50,772 nt of DNA from assembly GCA_033442325.1 (NCBI GenBank), contig JAWQFM010000025.1:951278-1002049 (forward strand), given 5' to 3'. This document shows, in pieces, positions 1-11,886 of this stretch. The stretch is from Salpingoeca rosetta (taxonomy: Eukaryota > Protista > Choanoflagellata). The notes beneath the pieces were generated by a model. The model was not told the DNA's origin and searched no databases. It saw only the letters and a program-made list of their open reading frames with translations. A program made the position numbers and the translations under genes. Numbering within the stretch: the stretch's first letter is position 1; each line of letters begins with the position of its first letter.

Positions 1-195
1 GTGTGTGTGTGTTTGTTGTATGCGTGTGTGTTTGTTGTGTGCGTGTGTGTTTGTTGTGTGTATGTGTGTGCGTGTGTGTGTGTGTGCGTGTGTGCGTGCG
101 TTTTGTGGTTGCCCTGCTGCACTTTTGTGGTTACAGCCACTGCTCACCCCCCCCATACACACACACAATCTCTTTCCTTCCACGGTTTGTTTCAG

Positions 196-385
196 GGCTT
201 GCCATCGATTCCAGTCGCACCCTTTATTCTGTCTTGCATGCAAACGGGTACGTGAGGCCGATTCCACTGCTGCACGTGTACTGCGTCGCTGCACTGTCTT
301 CACTCACTACGTTTTCTTCCTTTGTGTTGAAGGTGCTTGCTCCCACCTCATGCGAGCGCTGCTCTTGCTTCTTCCTTGTGTGTGT

Positions 386-421
<36 letters not shown>

Positions 422-624
422 CAACTCCTGACAGCTGCTGAGCCAGGCATGCATCACCAGTACACACGCGTTGGCGGTCATCCGCGGCTTGTGAACGCGC
501 TTGCGCGGCATTACTAGCCCGAGTACACCTTCGTCTTGTCACCCTTCCTCCTCACCTTCACCGTCGTGTCAGGATGAGCAATTGGACCGGATCGCCTCAT
601 CCAGCCAATGCAGCGCACGCAACA
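196..624 (+). CDS. Possible internal exons of an upstream gene entering from the left edge (about 196-247 and 573-624); product unknown
   Basis: Short non-repetitive segments bounded by ttcag|...|gtacgt and tcag|...|gtgagt and flanked by GT/CA tracts like the other introns. No recognisable domain. Confidence 0.3.
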
Positions 625-632
625 GTGAGTCT

Positions 633-839
<207 letters not shown>

Positions 840-853
840 ACACGCCGTTCTGC

Positions 854-1779
854 GTGACGACGCCCGCTTCCGTCCTCGGGAGCCCCCTCTTCAGCGCCGC
901 CCCCGTTGACAGGGTCGAACACGCCGCAGCCACCATTGACAAGGCCTTCCGCCACCTACCCCTGCAGTACATCCTCATCCTCCTGAGGTACTGCGTAGTG
1001 GCCAAGGAGAACTGCACGATGCGCACCACCGCGCAGTGCACCCAGGCGTGCCGCAAGCTCGACGAGCTCATCGCCCTGTCCCTGGCCAGGATGTTGGGGC
1101 ACACGAACCCGCTTAAGGATGAGTCGCTTCAACGCTGCCTGCGGCCCTATCAACGTGGCGGGCTCGCCCTCCGGTCCCAGGAGTCGGCCGCCCCCGCCGC
1201 CTTTCTCGGCGTCATACGTGACTTCTTCAACAGCACGCGACACCCCTTTGAGTGCGGCCTCCCCAGCAACACGCTCAGGACCGAGATGTCGGCGGCACTG
1301 ACGCGGCTCGCGTGCACGACGCGCGACAAGGAACAGGGCGGCGTCACCACGATTGATGAGGTCCTCAAAGCCGGGAGAAAGCTCCAGCGCACCCTGACCA
1401 AGATCCTGGATGAACGCACCCCCTACAGCCACAAGCGCATCGTCCGCGCCTTCCAGCTCAGCGCGGGCGGTCCCGGCTCCTATCACTGGCTCACCGTGAT
1501 GCCCAGCTGCCCAACACTCACCCTCAACGATGCACAGTTCAGAACATCCCTCAGTGCGCGTATCCGAGTCCCGGCGGCTGGGTACCACCCTCGCGCCTCG
1601 TGCAGGGCATGCCACAAGCCGACGGAGAGCGCGTTCCACCAGGAAAGCTGCCAATCTATCCGCAAAAGGCGACACGATCGTCTCAACGGCGACATCACGC
1701 TTCTCGCAACAGCGGCCTCTCGCGTATGCGAGCGGGAGGCTACGTGACGGCGGACACACGCCTGACATCGACTGCGTCT
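854..1779 (+). pseudogene. Fragment of retrotransposon pol (thumb, CCHC knuckle, start of REL endonuclease) with an apparent frameshift near 1740
   Basis: No ATG start and no RT core. TGA at 1745-1747, while the homologous continuation (RDGGHTPDIDCV) lies in the next frame. Confidence 0.7.
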
Positions 1780-1879
1780 NNNNNNNNNNNNNNNNNNNNN
1801 NNNNNNNNNNNNNNNNNNNNNNNNNNNNNNNNNNNNNNNNNNNNNNNNNNNNNNNNNNNNNNNNNNNNNNNNNNNNNNN
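1780..1879. other. Assembly gap (100 N); other gaps at 13464-13565, 20446-20545 and 21923-22022
   Basis: Runs of N, each next to simple repeats. Confidence 0.99.
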
Positions 1880-1880
1880 T

Positions 1881-1989
<109 letters not shown>

Positions 1990-2535
1990 GACCACCACGG
2001 CACAACGGACGCTCCGGCCGCGGAGGCCGCCGGGGACCGGCCGCAGCGCCACCGACACGGTCGACGGGGAAGGACCGAGCGACAGACGCGCCGTCTCACA
2101 GCCGGCGGCAGCGGCGTTAGCAACCACCCACTACATAGTTCGATAGTGGGTACTCCCCTCCAGCCGGCCTCAGGGCCGCGACGTGTGACCCACCTATTTA
2201 TACGAACGCTTTCCCACTCTTTGGAGGGTCCACGTACCCGACAAGTGCAACCCACCCACGGGCTCGGGTCGTGTGAATGTGTGATGTGATGTGATTTAAT
2301 TTGTTTTGTTTGCGTAATACGCAACGGTGCCGTAGGCTCTGCTGTCTTGTGCTCTTGTGCTTTCTTTTACTTCTGCTTTCTGCCTTCTCCAACTGAGCAA
2401 CTACAGCAACTGGTCTGGCAACCATGGGGTGTCGCTTGCGGGCAACCCCACAAGCGACACCATGCAAAGTATCAACGAGAAAAAAATACAAATTGCACAC
2501 AATGATCACTCCCATCAACCACAAGAAAGCAAGAG

Positions 2536-4203
2536 ATGGTGCGGCGGAACTGCGTGCTTGTGCTGGTGGTGTTTGTGCTGGGTGTGGCAGCCCTCACGCT
2601 CCTCACATCGCTCTTCACGGACAGCACCCAGCAACTACAGCCACAACCTGCAGACGCAGAGAACCCAGACGCCCCTCAACATCAACAACAACAACAACAG
2701 CTGCAGCATCAACAACAACAGCAGCAAGCTGCAGATGCACCACCCTCCCAACAGCGCGATTGCAGGTGGAAGGAGGAGGAGTTGCGGGACTATGTGGTGT
2801 ACTTCAGCAACGTCACGGATCCAGGCCATGTGCACGCCGATCTTCGAGGCGACTCTTTGGTGCCGCAGGTGCGGGCGTGGCTTGGACTGGCTGCGCGGCT
2901 GCTGCAGAGGGCCGACGACGCGTACACGTGCGACGACGTGCGGGCGCACATCTATGCGGCGCAGCCGCTGTTCAACGCGGTGGCGCGGCTGCTCTACGCA
3001 TCGTACGAGCCGCCGCGGCTGCCGGTGGCATCATACGTGTTCAAGCGCATCGAGAGCTACCGGCTGGTGCTGCGTCGGTTACGGGAACAGGAGGGGTCCG
3101 GCGACGTGCACGTGATTGTGTCCATGGACCGGTTCAACCTGGCGTACCTGCGCATGCTGACGGAGGAGCTGACCTTCTGCACGTGGCAGCCGATTGTGCA
3201 CGAGCTGGAGTGGGAGACGTTCCAGCAGATGCAGCGCGACAACATGGTGCGCGTGGCGGTGCCGCTCGCCTTCCACTGGTGGTGGCTGCAGGACACGCTG
3301 TGGACGCGGCTGCTCAAGGGCTACGACGGCGACGTGATGTTCCTGGAGGAAGACCACGTGCTGCTGTCCAACGCGTCGCTGCAGCTGGCGCGGGCGATGA
3401 TGCGCATCAAGAATCGCGGCGAGAGCCAGTGCGACACCACCTCCCTCTCCATGACCGCCGTGCACGTGTTTGGGCAGATGAACCGCTTCCACCACGTGTT
3501 CCGCGACCCGGACGCCGCCGTGGTGGAGCAGCCCTTCTTCTCCAACCTCGCCTACGCCTTCAACCGTAGCGTGTACGAGAAGCTGCGTCCGGAGCGCAAG
3601 CGTCGCATGGACTGGGACTGGAACATCAACCTCGCCTTCACGCGCGCGCCCAACGGCACGTTTGCGCGGCGGCACCTGCGGCCCGTCCGCAAGCGCGTGC
3701 TCAACATCGACATGTGCAAACCGAGCGGGGGCATCCACGAGCTGCGCGTGTCACCGCACCTCGCATACGAGTACTGCGGCACGAAGCAGGGCGGCGCATA
3801 CGACCTCGACAGCCTGCCGGAGTCGCACATTACGCTGCCTGCGCAGGTGGACGTGTACCGGTTTGAGGGCCGCTACCCAAAGTGGCTGTGGGTGCGGGAG
3901 ATTGTTGACCCGCAGTTCATCATCGCGTGTGGCGACGGCGCTGCGTGGAAGCCCGCGCGTAAGGTGTGTGTGCACGAGGACACGGGCGACGTGATTGGCT
4001 GCCCGGCTCAGTTTGCATTCAAGAGTGAGGGTAGTGAAGGGGGTGACGGTGGTGAGGGAGGGGGCGGTAAGGCTGATAGTGAAGGGGGTGGTGGTGATGG
4101 TGGTGGGGATGAGGGTGCAGTGGTTGAGGAGGAGAAGGTATGTGAGCCGCAGGATGAGCGGTGGTATCCATATGTAGGTAGCAGCATGACAGGCAAGGCA
4201 TGA
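2536..4203 (+). CDS. MGAT2: Type II membrane glycosyltransferase, MGAT2/GnT-II-like (GT16); intronless, 555 aa
   Basis: N-terminal signal-anchor and polyQ stem. Motifs FHWWW, FLEEDH, NLAYAFNRS and DWDWNI parallel the MGAT2 motifs HHWWW, FLEEDH, NMGxAxxR and NWDW. Confidence 0.75.
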   Translation: MVRRNCVLVLVVFVLGVAALTLLTSLFTDSTQQLQPQPADAENPDAPQHQQQQQQLQHQQQQQQAADAPPSQQRDCRWKEEELRDYVVYFSNVTDPGHVHADLRGDSLVPQVRAWLGLAARLLQRADDAYTCDDVRAHIYAAQPLFNAVARLLYASYEPPRLPVASYVFKRIESYRLVLRRLREQEGSGDVHVIVSMDRFNLAYLRMLTEELTFCTWQPIVHELEWETFQQMQRDNMVRVAVPLAFHWWWLQDTLWTRLLKGYDGDVMFLEEDHVLLSNASLQLARAMMRIKNRGESQCDTTSLSMTAVHVFGQMNRFHHVFRDPDAAVVEQPFFSNLAYAFNRSVYEKLRPERKRRMDWDWNINLAFTRAPNGTFARRHLRPVRKRVLNIDMCKPSGGIHELRVSPHLAYEYCGTKQGGAYDLDSLPESHITLPAQVDVYRFEGRYPKWLWVREIVDPQFIIACGDGAAWKPARKVCVHEDTGDVIGCPAQFAFKSEGSEGGDGGEGGGGKADSEGGGGDGGGDEGAVVEEEKVCEPQDERWYPYVGSSMTGKA

Positions 4204-4616
4204 TGAGGAATGGTGTGATGTGTGTGTCTGTGTGTGTGTGTGTGTCTATGTGTGTGTGTGTCTGTGTGTGTGTGTAGGCTTTTCTGTCTCTGTGTGTGTG
4301 TGTGTGCGTAAACTTTTCTGCGTAAGTTTTCTGTGTGTTTCTCTCTGTGTACGTTTGTCTGTGTGTACGTTTTTCTGTATGGCCGTCCTCTGCATCATTG
4401 CTTGGTTGTGTGTTCGTTATTTAGCCAATCAGCTAGGCAGCTTCTTCGGTTACTCCTTCATTCATTCATTCACCTTGAAGGACCTTGCCTCTTCCCCTGT
4501 TTGGTTCATTCGCGAGAGCGTGGAAACTTCCTTCTCGCGTGTTTAATCATGCTGCCGTAAACAAGACAAGCTCTGACGAGGCAACACAGGCATGTGTGAT
4601 GGTGTGATGGTGTGAT

Positions 4617-4693
<77 letters not shown>

Positions 4694-4913
4694 TGTGTCA
4701 TTGCTGCTCGTCGTGTTTGGAAAAAAGTTCCGCTTCAATTGCCCCCCCCCCAATCCAAACACTTCAAAAAACAGGGGAACTAAAGTCGACGGTCGTGACA
4801 TCGCAAGCAGCTACATAACGTTAGCCACGCGCATAGCAAGAACCAGGATGCAGCGCCCCCGCCCCCACACAAACACACACACAAACACACACACACTTCT
4901 CCCCGCCAGAGCA

Positions 4914-5681
4914 TCACTGGCCAGCCTTGCGCGTTGCCATGGTGTAGTGAGCAGAAAGACCCATTGACTCGAACTCTTGCTGCGTCACGTTCTCTGGATC
5001 GATGGCGAAGCCGGCGTCAAGCAAGAGCTTGTCGATGACGTCGCTCCTGTGGTTGACAATGTCCACTTGCAAGCCCTCCTCAAAGTAAGGCTTGCCATCG
5101 CCAACCCAGTAGCCGAGCAGCAGCGGTGCGCCTGGTGCCAGCACGCGCGCCCATTCACAAAACGCCGCCTTCACCTGTGTTTCGTCCAGGTGGTGCAGCG
5201 CAAAGTAGCAGATCATGCCCGCACACGTGCCGTCGTCAATTGTGGGCAGTGACAGCATTGTACCCTGCTGTGCATCGTGTCCGACCGGCTCCAGTCGCGT
5301 CTTGGCAATGGCCACCATCTCCGCAGACACATCAATGCCAAGCAGCCTTGGTTTGCGGGCACCCTGCTCCTGCGCCATTTGCTCTGCTGTAGCTGTGGCC
5401 TGACGTTGCGTATCGTCGCCGGTGTGCTGTGAGAGCTTGGCATCCACAATCTCCAGCATGTTGCCGCTGCCGCATGCCATGTCAAGCACCCACCAAGACG
5501 AGCGCCCACGCTCCATGTCCGGGGCGGGGCGATCGCACATCACTTGGGCCACGGCGTCTGTAAATTGGGCCAGCTGTTGCTCGTACGAAGGCGTCTTCAC
5601 TTCCGCAATCATGACCTCGTCATATTCCTTGGCACACGCGTTGTAGGCTTTTGCCACAGCTTCCTCGCTCGCAAGCGGCAT
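4914..5681 (-). CDS. Class I SAM-dependent methyltransferase, 255 aa, intronless
   Basis: Motif I VLDMACGSG, LLGIDVSAEMVAIAK, YFALHHL and EWARVLAPGAPLLL. ATG at 5681 directly follows a sense (CA)n tract; the upstream ORF extension is repeat-derived. Confidence 0.88.
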   Translation of the reverse strand: MPLASEEAVAKAYNACAKEYDEVMIAEVKTPSYEQQLAQFTDAVAQVMCDRPAPDMERGRSSWWVLDMACGSGNMLEIVDAKLSQHTGDDTQRQATATAEQMAQEQGARKPRLLGIDVSAEMVAIAKTRLEPVGHDAQQGTMLSLPTIDDGTCAGMICYFALHHLDETQVKAAFCEWARVLAPGAPLLLGYWVGDGKPYFEEGLQVDIVNHRSDVIDKLLLDAGFAIDPENVTQQEFESMGLSAHYTMATRKAGQ

Positions 5682-5683
5682 CG

Positions 5684-5805
<122 letters not shown>

Positions 5806-6906
5806 CGAGACAGAGACGAGCAAAGGTCCGCGCCCTGCCGATAATTCATAAAGATTTTCAACAATCTTCCCTAAGTGCCGCCGAATCCAACGCTGCTCAC
5901 CGCCAGCAACAAACAAAACAGCACACAAACGCACTCTCACTGTCTGAAGCGGAGTCACACCAGCACAATGCCACCAAGACAGCTGACGACAAAGACACAC
6001 ACCTCGCGTCACATGATGCGTTGTGATGCGCTAGCAGCGTGGCACGCTTTGCGGTGAGTGCTACATTTTTTTTTGCATTTGTGTGTGTCCTGCGATGTTA
6101 ACGAGACCTTGCTTCATGTCAAGACATACCACAAGTGCACAAGCAAGCAAACCAGCAAGCAACCCAGGTATCATGCAAGCAACGTCGTCACTCACGCTCT
6201 TCCTCCACTCTCTTCTCGCTGCCCTTGATAGCCGTGGTACAGCAGGGATGATATCATGAGGAGCATATTCCTTTGTATTCCCTGACGACTCGAGCCACTG
6301 CACGCAGCACGCTTCGACTCAGCAGAGCATGACAGCGCACAAGCACCTCCCACACTGCGCCAACTTCTTCGTTTGCGAAAGCAAAGATACAGAGTCAGTC
6401 ACCACACGCACACACGCGCGCAGCGCCGATGACCTGTCTCGTTCGAAGAAAATAACATTCGTGTTGCTACCGCGTTCTTCGTTCGCTGCGAACACATTCA
6501 CACAATCAGCTGTTGTGCTGTCAACGCAGCAACGCCAGCCACAACAGAAACGCCCCCCCCCCGACCACACCCTTCACTTTCTTCCACGCTCCACGACAGC
6601 TGCAGCAACAGCATCGCCCTCCTCGCCAGCGGTTTCGTCGACAAGAACACCCACCCCCAACACCACAGCCAGAGCTCTCGCGCCCACACACACACACACA
6701 CACACACACTTCACGTGTACTGCACACCACAGCGCGCGCGCGTTGACTGCAGCTACAAGCGAAGCCGAGCAGCTGTACATCTTCTGGCCCCATGCGACAG
6801 GTTTGCTCACGTCGCCAATACCCTTGCTACCCGCAATCGTCGTTCATAAGCGTCACATTTGGACGCAATCGCCGCATCAAGGACCACCCCGGCTTGTCTT
6901 AACACC

Positions 6907-7251
6907 ATGAGCTTTACAAGAGGCACAGATCCACCAGCATCGCACTTTGGCGCGTTCACACTCGGCATCAATGGTGGCGATGACCTGTGCATCGATTTGA
7001 CTTGCCCACACCCATTGGCAGCGGGTGATGGTAACGGCGATGGCGGTGATGGTGACGGCAAACGGGGTGGTGTGCTGCCCCCTCCAGCGCCACGCCCCCA
7101 GCAGGAGGCTTTGCAGCAACAACAGCAGCTGATACACCTGCTGTTGTTGCTACCTCTGCTCCAACATGTGCAACAACCACCACAACAGCAACAACAGCAG
7201 CAGCAGCAGCGAAATGTGCAGCAACACCAACACCAACAACAACACCAGTGA
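6907..7251 (+). CDS. Possible short orphan ORF or exon with Gly/Asp and polyQ low complexity
   Basis: ATG in ACCATG context, 114 codons, followed by a GT tract as seen after other exon ends. No recognisable domain. Confidence 0.25.
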   Translation: MSFTRGTDPPASHFGAFTLGINGGDDLCIDLTCPHPLAAGDGNGDGGDGDGKRGGVLPPPAPRPQQEALQQQQQLIHLLLLLPLLQHVQQPPQQQQQQQQQRNVQQHQHQQQHQ

Positions 7252-7857
7252 TTTCTGGCCCTCCTCCTCTCCTCTCGTTAGCAGTTGATGAATCATGCCC
7301 GTTTCTTTGTGTGTGTGTGTGAGTGTGTGTGTGTGTTTGTGTGTTCCTTTATGTGCATTCACTCGTGTGCATTTATTCGTGTTATCTTACTGATGCTTCC
7401 TCCGAAAGGTCTCTTGTCTCTAGCATGTTATGTTATGTTATGTGTGGCGTCACTTGCGTTCTCGTGTTCGCCCCAGCCCATCTTTCTTTATGCGACATGT
7501 TTTCTCCTCTCAACGCGACGTTCAAGCGCGCAAGAGTGCACACAGCGCCGCGCACACCCACCAGCAATTGTGTACGTCTTCCAAAGCACACACACGCACA
7601 TCCACACACACACACACATCCGCACACGCACACGCACACACACATCGACACACACACACACAAACACACATCCACGCACACACACACACACATCCGCACA
7701 CGCACACAAACACAAACACACACCCGCACACACACACACACAACACACACACACACACATCCACACACACACACACAATCGACGATTGTTGTTGCTTATC
7801 ATTTGCTAAATTTCCACAACCACAGCGACAATGACAACGACGATGACAATGACAACG

Positions 7858-9180
7858 ATGAGGACGCGCACGCGATTTCCACTCATCCTCGTCCTCCTCC
7901 TCTGCTGCCTCTTGTTCCCGCTGTTCGTCGCTGTGCAGGCAGAGGTGACGCTGAACGAGGACGAGCACGGCGCGTTCCACATCAACACGAACGACCCTGT
8001 GCGCCAGGCCGTACATTTCAATGGCGTCGATGTGCTGGCGTTGCTGCGTTCACAGCAGAGCACCATCGCCGGTCACGGCGCCGCCATCACGGAGCAAAAC
8101 GCGTTGTTGGACCGGCTCGAAGCAGACGCGGCGGCGCAGACGGCAAAGGTGAAGCAGTTGAGGGCGGCGACGTGCCGCGCCTTCCCGCCGTCCGTGTCTG
8201 CCTCCGTGCTGTCAGGCCTCGGCGCCAACAGCAACGTGTGGTTTGAGGGTGTGATGGCGAACAACGGCCTCATCTACGGCATCCCAAGCGACGGCCCCGC
8301 CGTGTACATCATCGACCCCGAGACCAGGGCCGTCAACCTCGAGCTGCTCAGCCCTTTTCCCGCCTCCCCCATCAATCAGGAAACCTTCAAGTGGTCTGGC
8401 GGCGTGCTGGCGCGCAACGGCCGCATCTATGCCATTCCGCTCCGCGCCACCGCCGTGCTGGTCATCGACCCCGAAACACACACCCTTGACCTGACGAGCA
8501 TGGCCGGGTTCACCCCGAACCAGCAAGGGCTGTGGTTTGACGGCGTGGAGGCCAACAACGGCCTCATCTACGGCATCCCCTACAGCTCCTCTGCGGTGCT
8601 CATTGTTGATCCCGACAACCACATCGCCGACAACACGACCATCGTCGGCCTCGGCGACGCCGCGTTCAAGTGGTCCGGCGGCGTGCTTGCAGGCAACGGC
8701 AAGATTTACGGCGTGCCTGCGGCAGCAACCAGCGTGCTCATCATTGACCCGGCCAGCAACACCGTGGACACGACGACCCTGTACACGGGGATGGCGGAAA
8801 TCACCGCAAAGTGGAGCAAGGGCGTGCTTGCAGGCAACGGCAAGATCTACAGCATGCCCTACAACGCCCCGAGCGTCCTCGTTATCGACCCCGTCGCCAA
8901 CACCGTGGACACCACCAGCATGGCAAACGTGTCACCGCACGGCACGGCGTGGCTCAGCAACGTTTTGGCCGACAACGGATACATTTACGCCGCACCTTTC
9001 AACATCTCCGCCATCGCCATCATCGATCCGTTCACCGACACCATTGACCTGACGCTCAAGCCCCTGCCGTCCACGGGGTTCAGGTGGACCAGTGTTGTGC
9101 GCGCGCCAAATGGGAAGCTCTATGCGCCGCCGTACTCCCGCAAGTATCCGTACCTCCTCATCATCGACCCTGGCTGCTGA
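7858..9180 (+). CDS. Secreted protein: signal peptide, short coiled coil and seven ~47-aa repeats (predicted 7-bladed beta-propeller); intronless
   Basis: MRTRTRFPLILVLLLCCLLFPLFVAVQA signal. Seven copies of W-x-G-G-V-L-A-x-N-G-x-I-Y-x-x-P-x5-V-L-I-I-D-P. The start could instead be 7831. Confidence 0.85.
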   Translation: MRTRTRFPLILVLLLCCLLFPLFVAVQAEVTLNEDEHGAFHINTNDPVRQAVHFNGVDVLALLRSQQSTIAGHGAAITEQNALLDRLEADAAAQTAKVKQLRAATCRAFPPSVSASVLSGLGANSNVWFEGVMANNGLIYGIPSDGPAVYIIDPETRAVNLELLSPFPASPINQETFKWSGGVLARNGRIYAIPLRATAVLVIDPETHTLDLTSMAGFTPNQQGLWFDGVEANNGLIYGIPYSSSAVLIVDPDNHIADNTTIVGLGDAAFKWSGGVLAGNGKIYGVPAAATSVLIIDPASNTVDTTTLYTGMAEITAKWSKGVLAGNGKIYSMPYNAPSVLVIDPVANTVDTTSMANVSPHGTAWLSNVLADNGYIYAAPFNISAIAIIDPFTDTIDLTLKPLPSTGFRWTSVVRAPNGKLYAPPYSRKYPYLLIIDPGC

Positions 9181-9712
9181 GGGTTGCGCGAAACAACGAA
9201 ACGAGGATCTGCGGGAACTGCGGGAACTGGGGAAAGCAAGACTAGAGGAGCTGAAGAGGGTGGTGGCTGCAAGTGAGAGGATAGGCTGCGTGACGGCGAG
9301 CCAGGAGCACAGAACTGCCCGTTTGTCTGTGTCTCAAGGATGAAGATAGCGTTGATACTGAAGGAGTTTGTTCTTGCACTCGAGTCAGTTGCGTATGCAC
9401 TTGTATGTTAGTTTGAGTTTGTAGTTGCACACGAGTGCAATGCGATTACATATTCCGTTCACCTTTGTTGACGCAATGGCTTGAACATGGCGTCAAGCCT
9501 TCACTCCTGCGTTACCGAGTGAACACAAGCAAGCGCACACCAGCGAATGCGACGAGCGAGTGAAAGTGCTAGGAGAGTGAGAGTGAGACCAATGCAACAA
9601 CAGTCACAGACAGAATAAAGGGATCACACACACACACACTTGCTTGTTTGTGTTTGGCTGGAATAATAGTGGAAGATATGGCTATTTCTCCACAATCGAC
9701 AGACAGCCAGTC

Positions 9713-9899
9713 ATGGACTTTGCCAACTTGCCAGACGTGAGTCCTGTCACATGCCCATGCATGCATACGAATGCACGCGAATGCTCCATGGTGTTGCTCC
9801 ACGGGCCGCATGCCTCCGTTTCCCTTCCCCACACGCTCACGCAATTGCACCCTTGTTTCCAATCGGCAGTTGGGATCTGTGTCCCTCGTTCCCGTCCCT

Positions 9900-9978
<79 letters not shown>

Positions 9979-10545
9979 GAGGTGAGCAAGCACACGCCCA
10001 AGCCGAAACGGAAACCGCAGCGCCGCCGCCGGCACAGCTCTCGCTGTCGGTTGCACCCGGCGCCACAGATGACGACGATGGCAATACGGGTGGTGCTGCT
10101 GACAGTCACTCCAACAACACTGGAGCAATGCATCAGCAGCAGCAGGGTGGCGCAGATGCCACGGCGACATCTCCTTCTGCTGCAGCACCGCCGTCCGCTG
10201 TGAGCAGCAACACCACAAGCAGTGGGGCATCTGCAGACAGCGTGCATGCGCCGTTCTACTGGTTCTGGCAGCACTCCTCTGGAGCCTGGTCGCCATTCTC
10301 CAAGTTTGACTCGGACGCGCTCGAGGCTGCACTGCAGGCGCACAAGGACAAGGTGAAGGACGACGAAACGAACAATGGCGGCGCCCGTGGCCGTGACAGC
10401 GACATCGGTGGTGATGATGTGGTCGTTGTCACCGACAGCGGACGATTCACCGTGGATGTTCTGAAGCGCCAGCGGTCTCCACGCTACTGGGCTGGCCAGC
10501 CCAACCCCGTCGTCAGGTAGGGGCTGTGTGTATGTCTGCGTGTGC

Positions 10546-10592
<47 letters not shown>

Positions 10593-11475
10593 TGTGTGTG
10601 TGTGTGTTGGGTTTGGAGAGGAGGTTGTGGAAAGCGAGTCGTTGGTCATGCTTTCGTGGTGCATTCGATTGGTTGCACTGGTTTGGTTGTATATGTGAGC
10701 TGGTGCGTGCGACAGCGTGGAGCGTGGTAGACGTGATGGCAGCTTGTTCATCGCTCGCCTTAACGTTTTGAATCTGCTTTGCAGGAGCGCGTGGGTTGTT
10801 GGTCAGGGCCCGACGCTGCAGCCGCTGCCAGAGGAACACAGCGACATTGTCGAGGTGTGTGCCTGAGTGTGTCTGTGTGTGTGAGTGAGTGAGTGTGCGT
10901 GTGTGAGTGTGTGTGTGTGTGTGTGGTTAAGCCTGTATCGTAAATGTTGAGTTTGCAGGTTGACATTCATCGTCCTACCTACCTCTTCTTCACCAGCCAC
11001 CACCCTCACCACAACCACCTCATCACCACCACCACCACCACCACCACGCCACCACCAACGCCATTAGATTGCGTATCAAGAGTCACGCAAGTCCGGGCAG
11101 TGGAAGAAGACCGTTGATCTTCCAAACCAAAACCGCGCTGTCCTCCATCACCAGGTGCTGCTGTCGTCGTAACGGCGGTTGCGTCCATCTGCTGTGTGTG
11201 TGTCTGTGTGTGTCTGTGTGTGTCTGTGTGTCTGTGTGTCTGTGTCTATGTGTGTGTGTGTGTGTGTGTCTGTGTGTGTGTGTGTGTGTGGCCACCAAAC
11301 GATCACGCACCATTCTATCGACACAACACTGCAACCCTCATTCGTACACCCTGCCAATGCCCCTGTCCATACCTGCCCCGGTCCCTCCTCCCAGCACCTG
11401 TTTGTGTTCTACGAGTCGGCATCGTCTGAGCCGCGCCGTCTTGCCCGCGGCCTCGCTGATCACGTCGCACAGGGT

Positions 11476-11568
<93 letters not shown>

Positions 11569-11833
11569 AGATGTGAATGTTTGCTGCTGTCAGCTGACAC
11601 TGACATGTGCTACCCACTTACACCCGAACACCACCACCATCATCATGACCACCATCATGACCACCATCATCACGGCAGGGTCAGCCCCGAGTGAAGCGTT
11701 TGATCACCTCGTCCTCGTCATTGCCGGCCCAACACCAGAGCGACCGAACCTCAGCAGTCTTGGCTTTCACGTCACGAAGGACAAGGTGGTGATTGTGTGC
11801 GTGTGTGTGTGCGTGTGTGCGTGTGTGTGTGTG

Positions 11834-11886
<53 letters not shown>

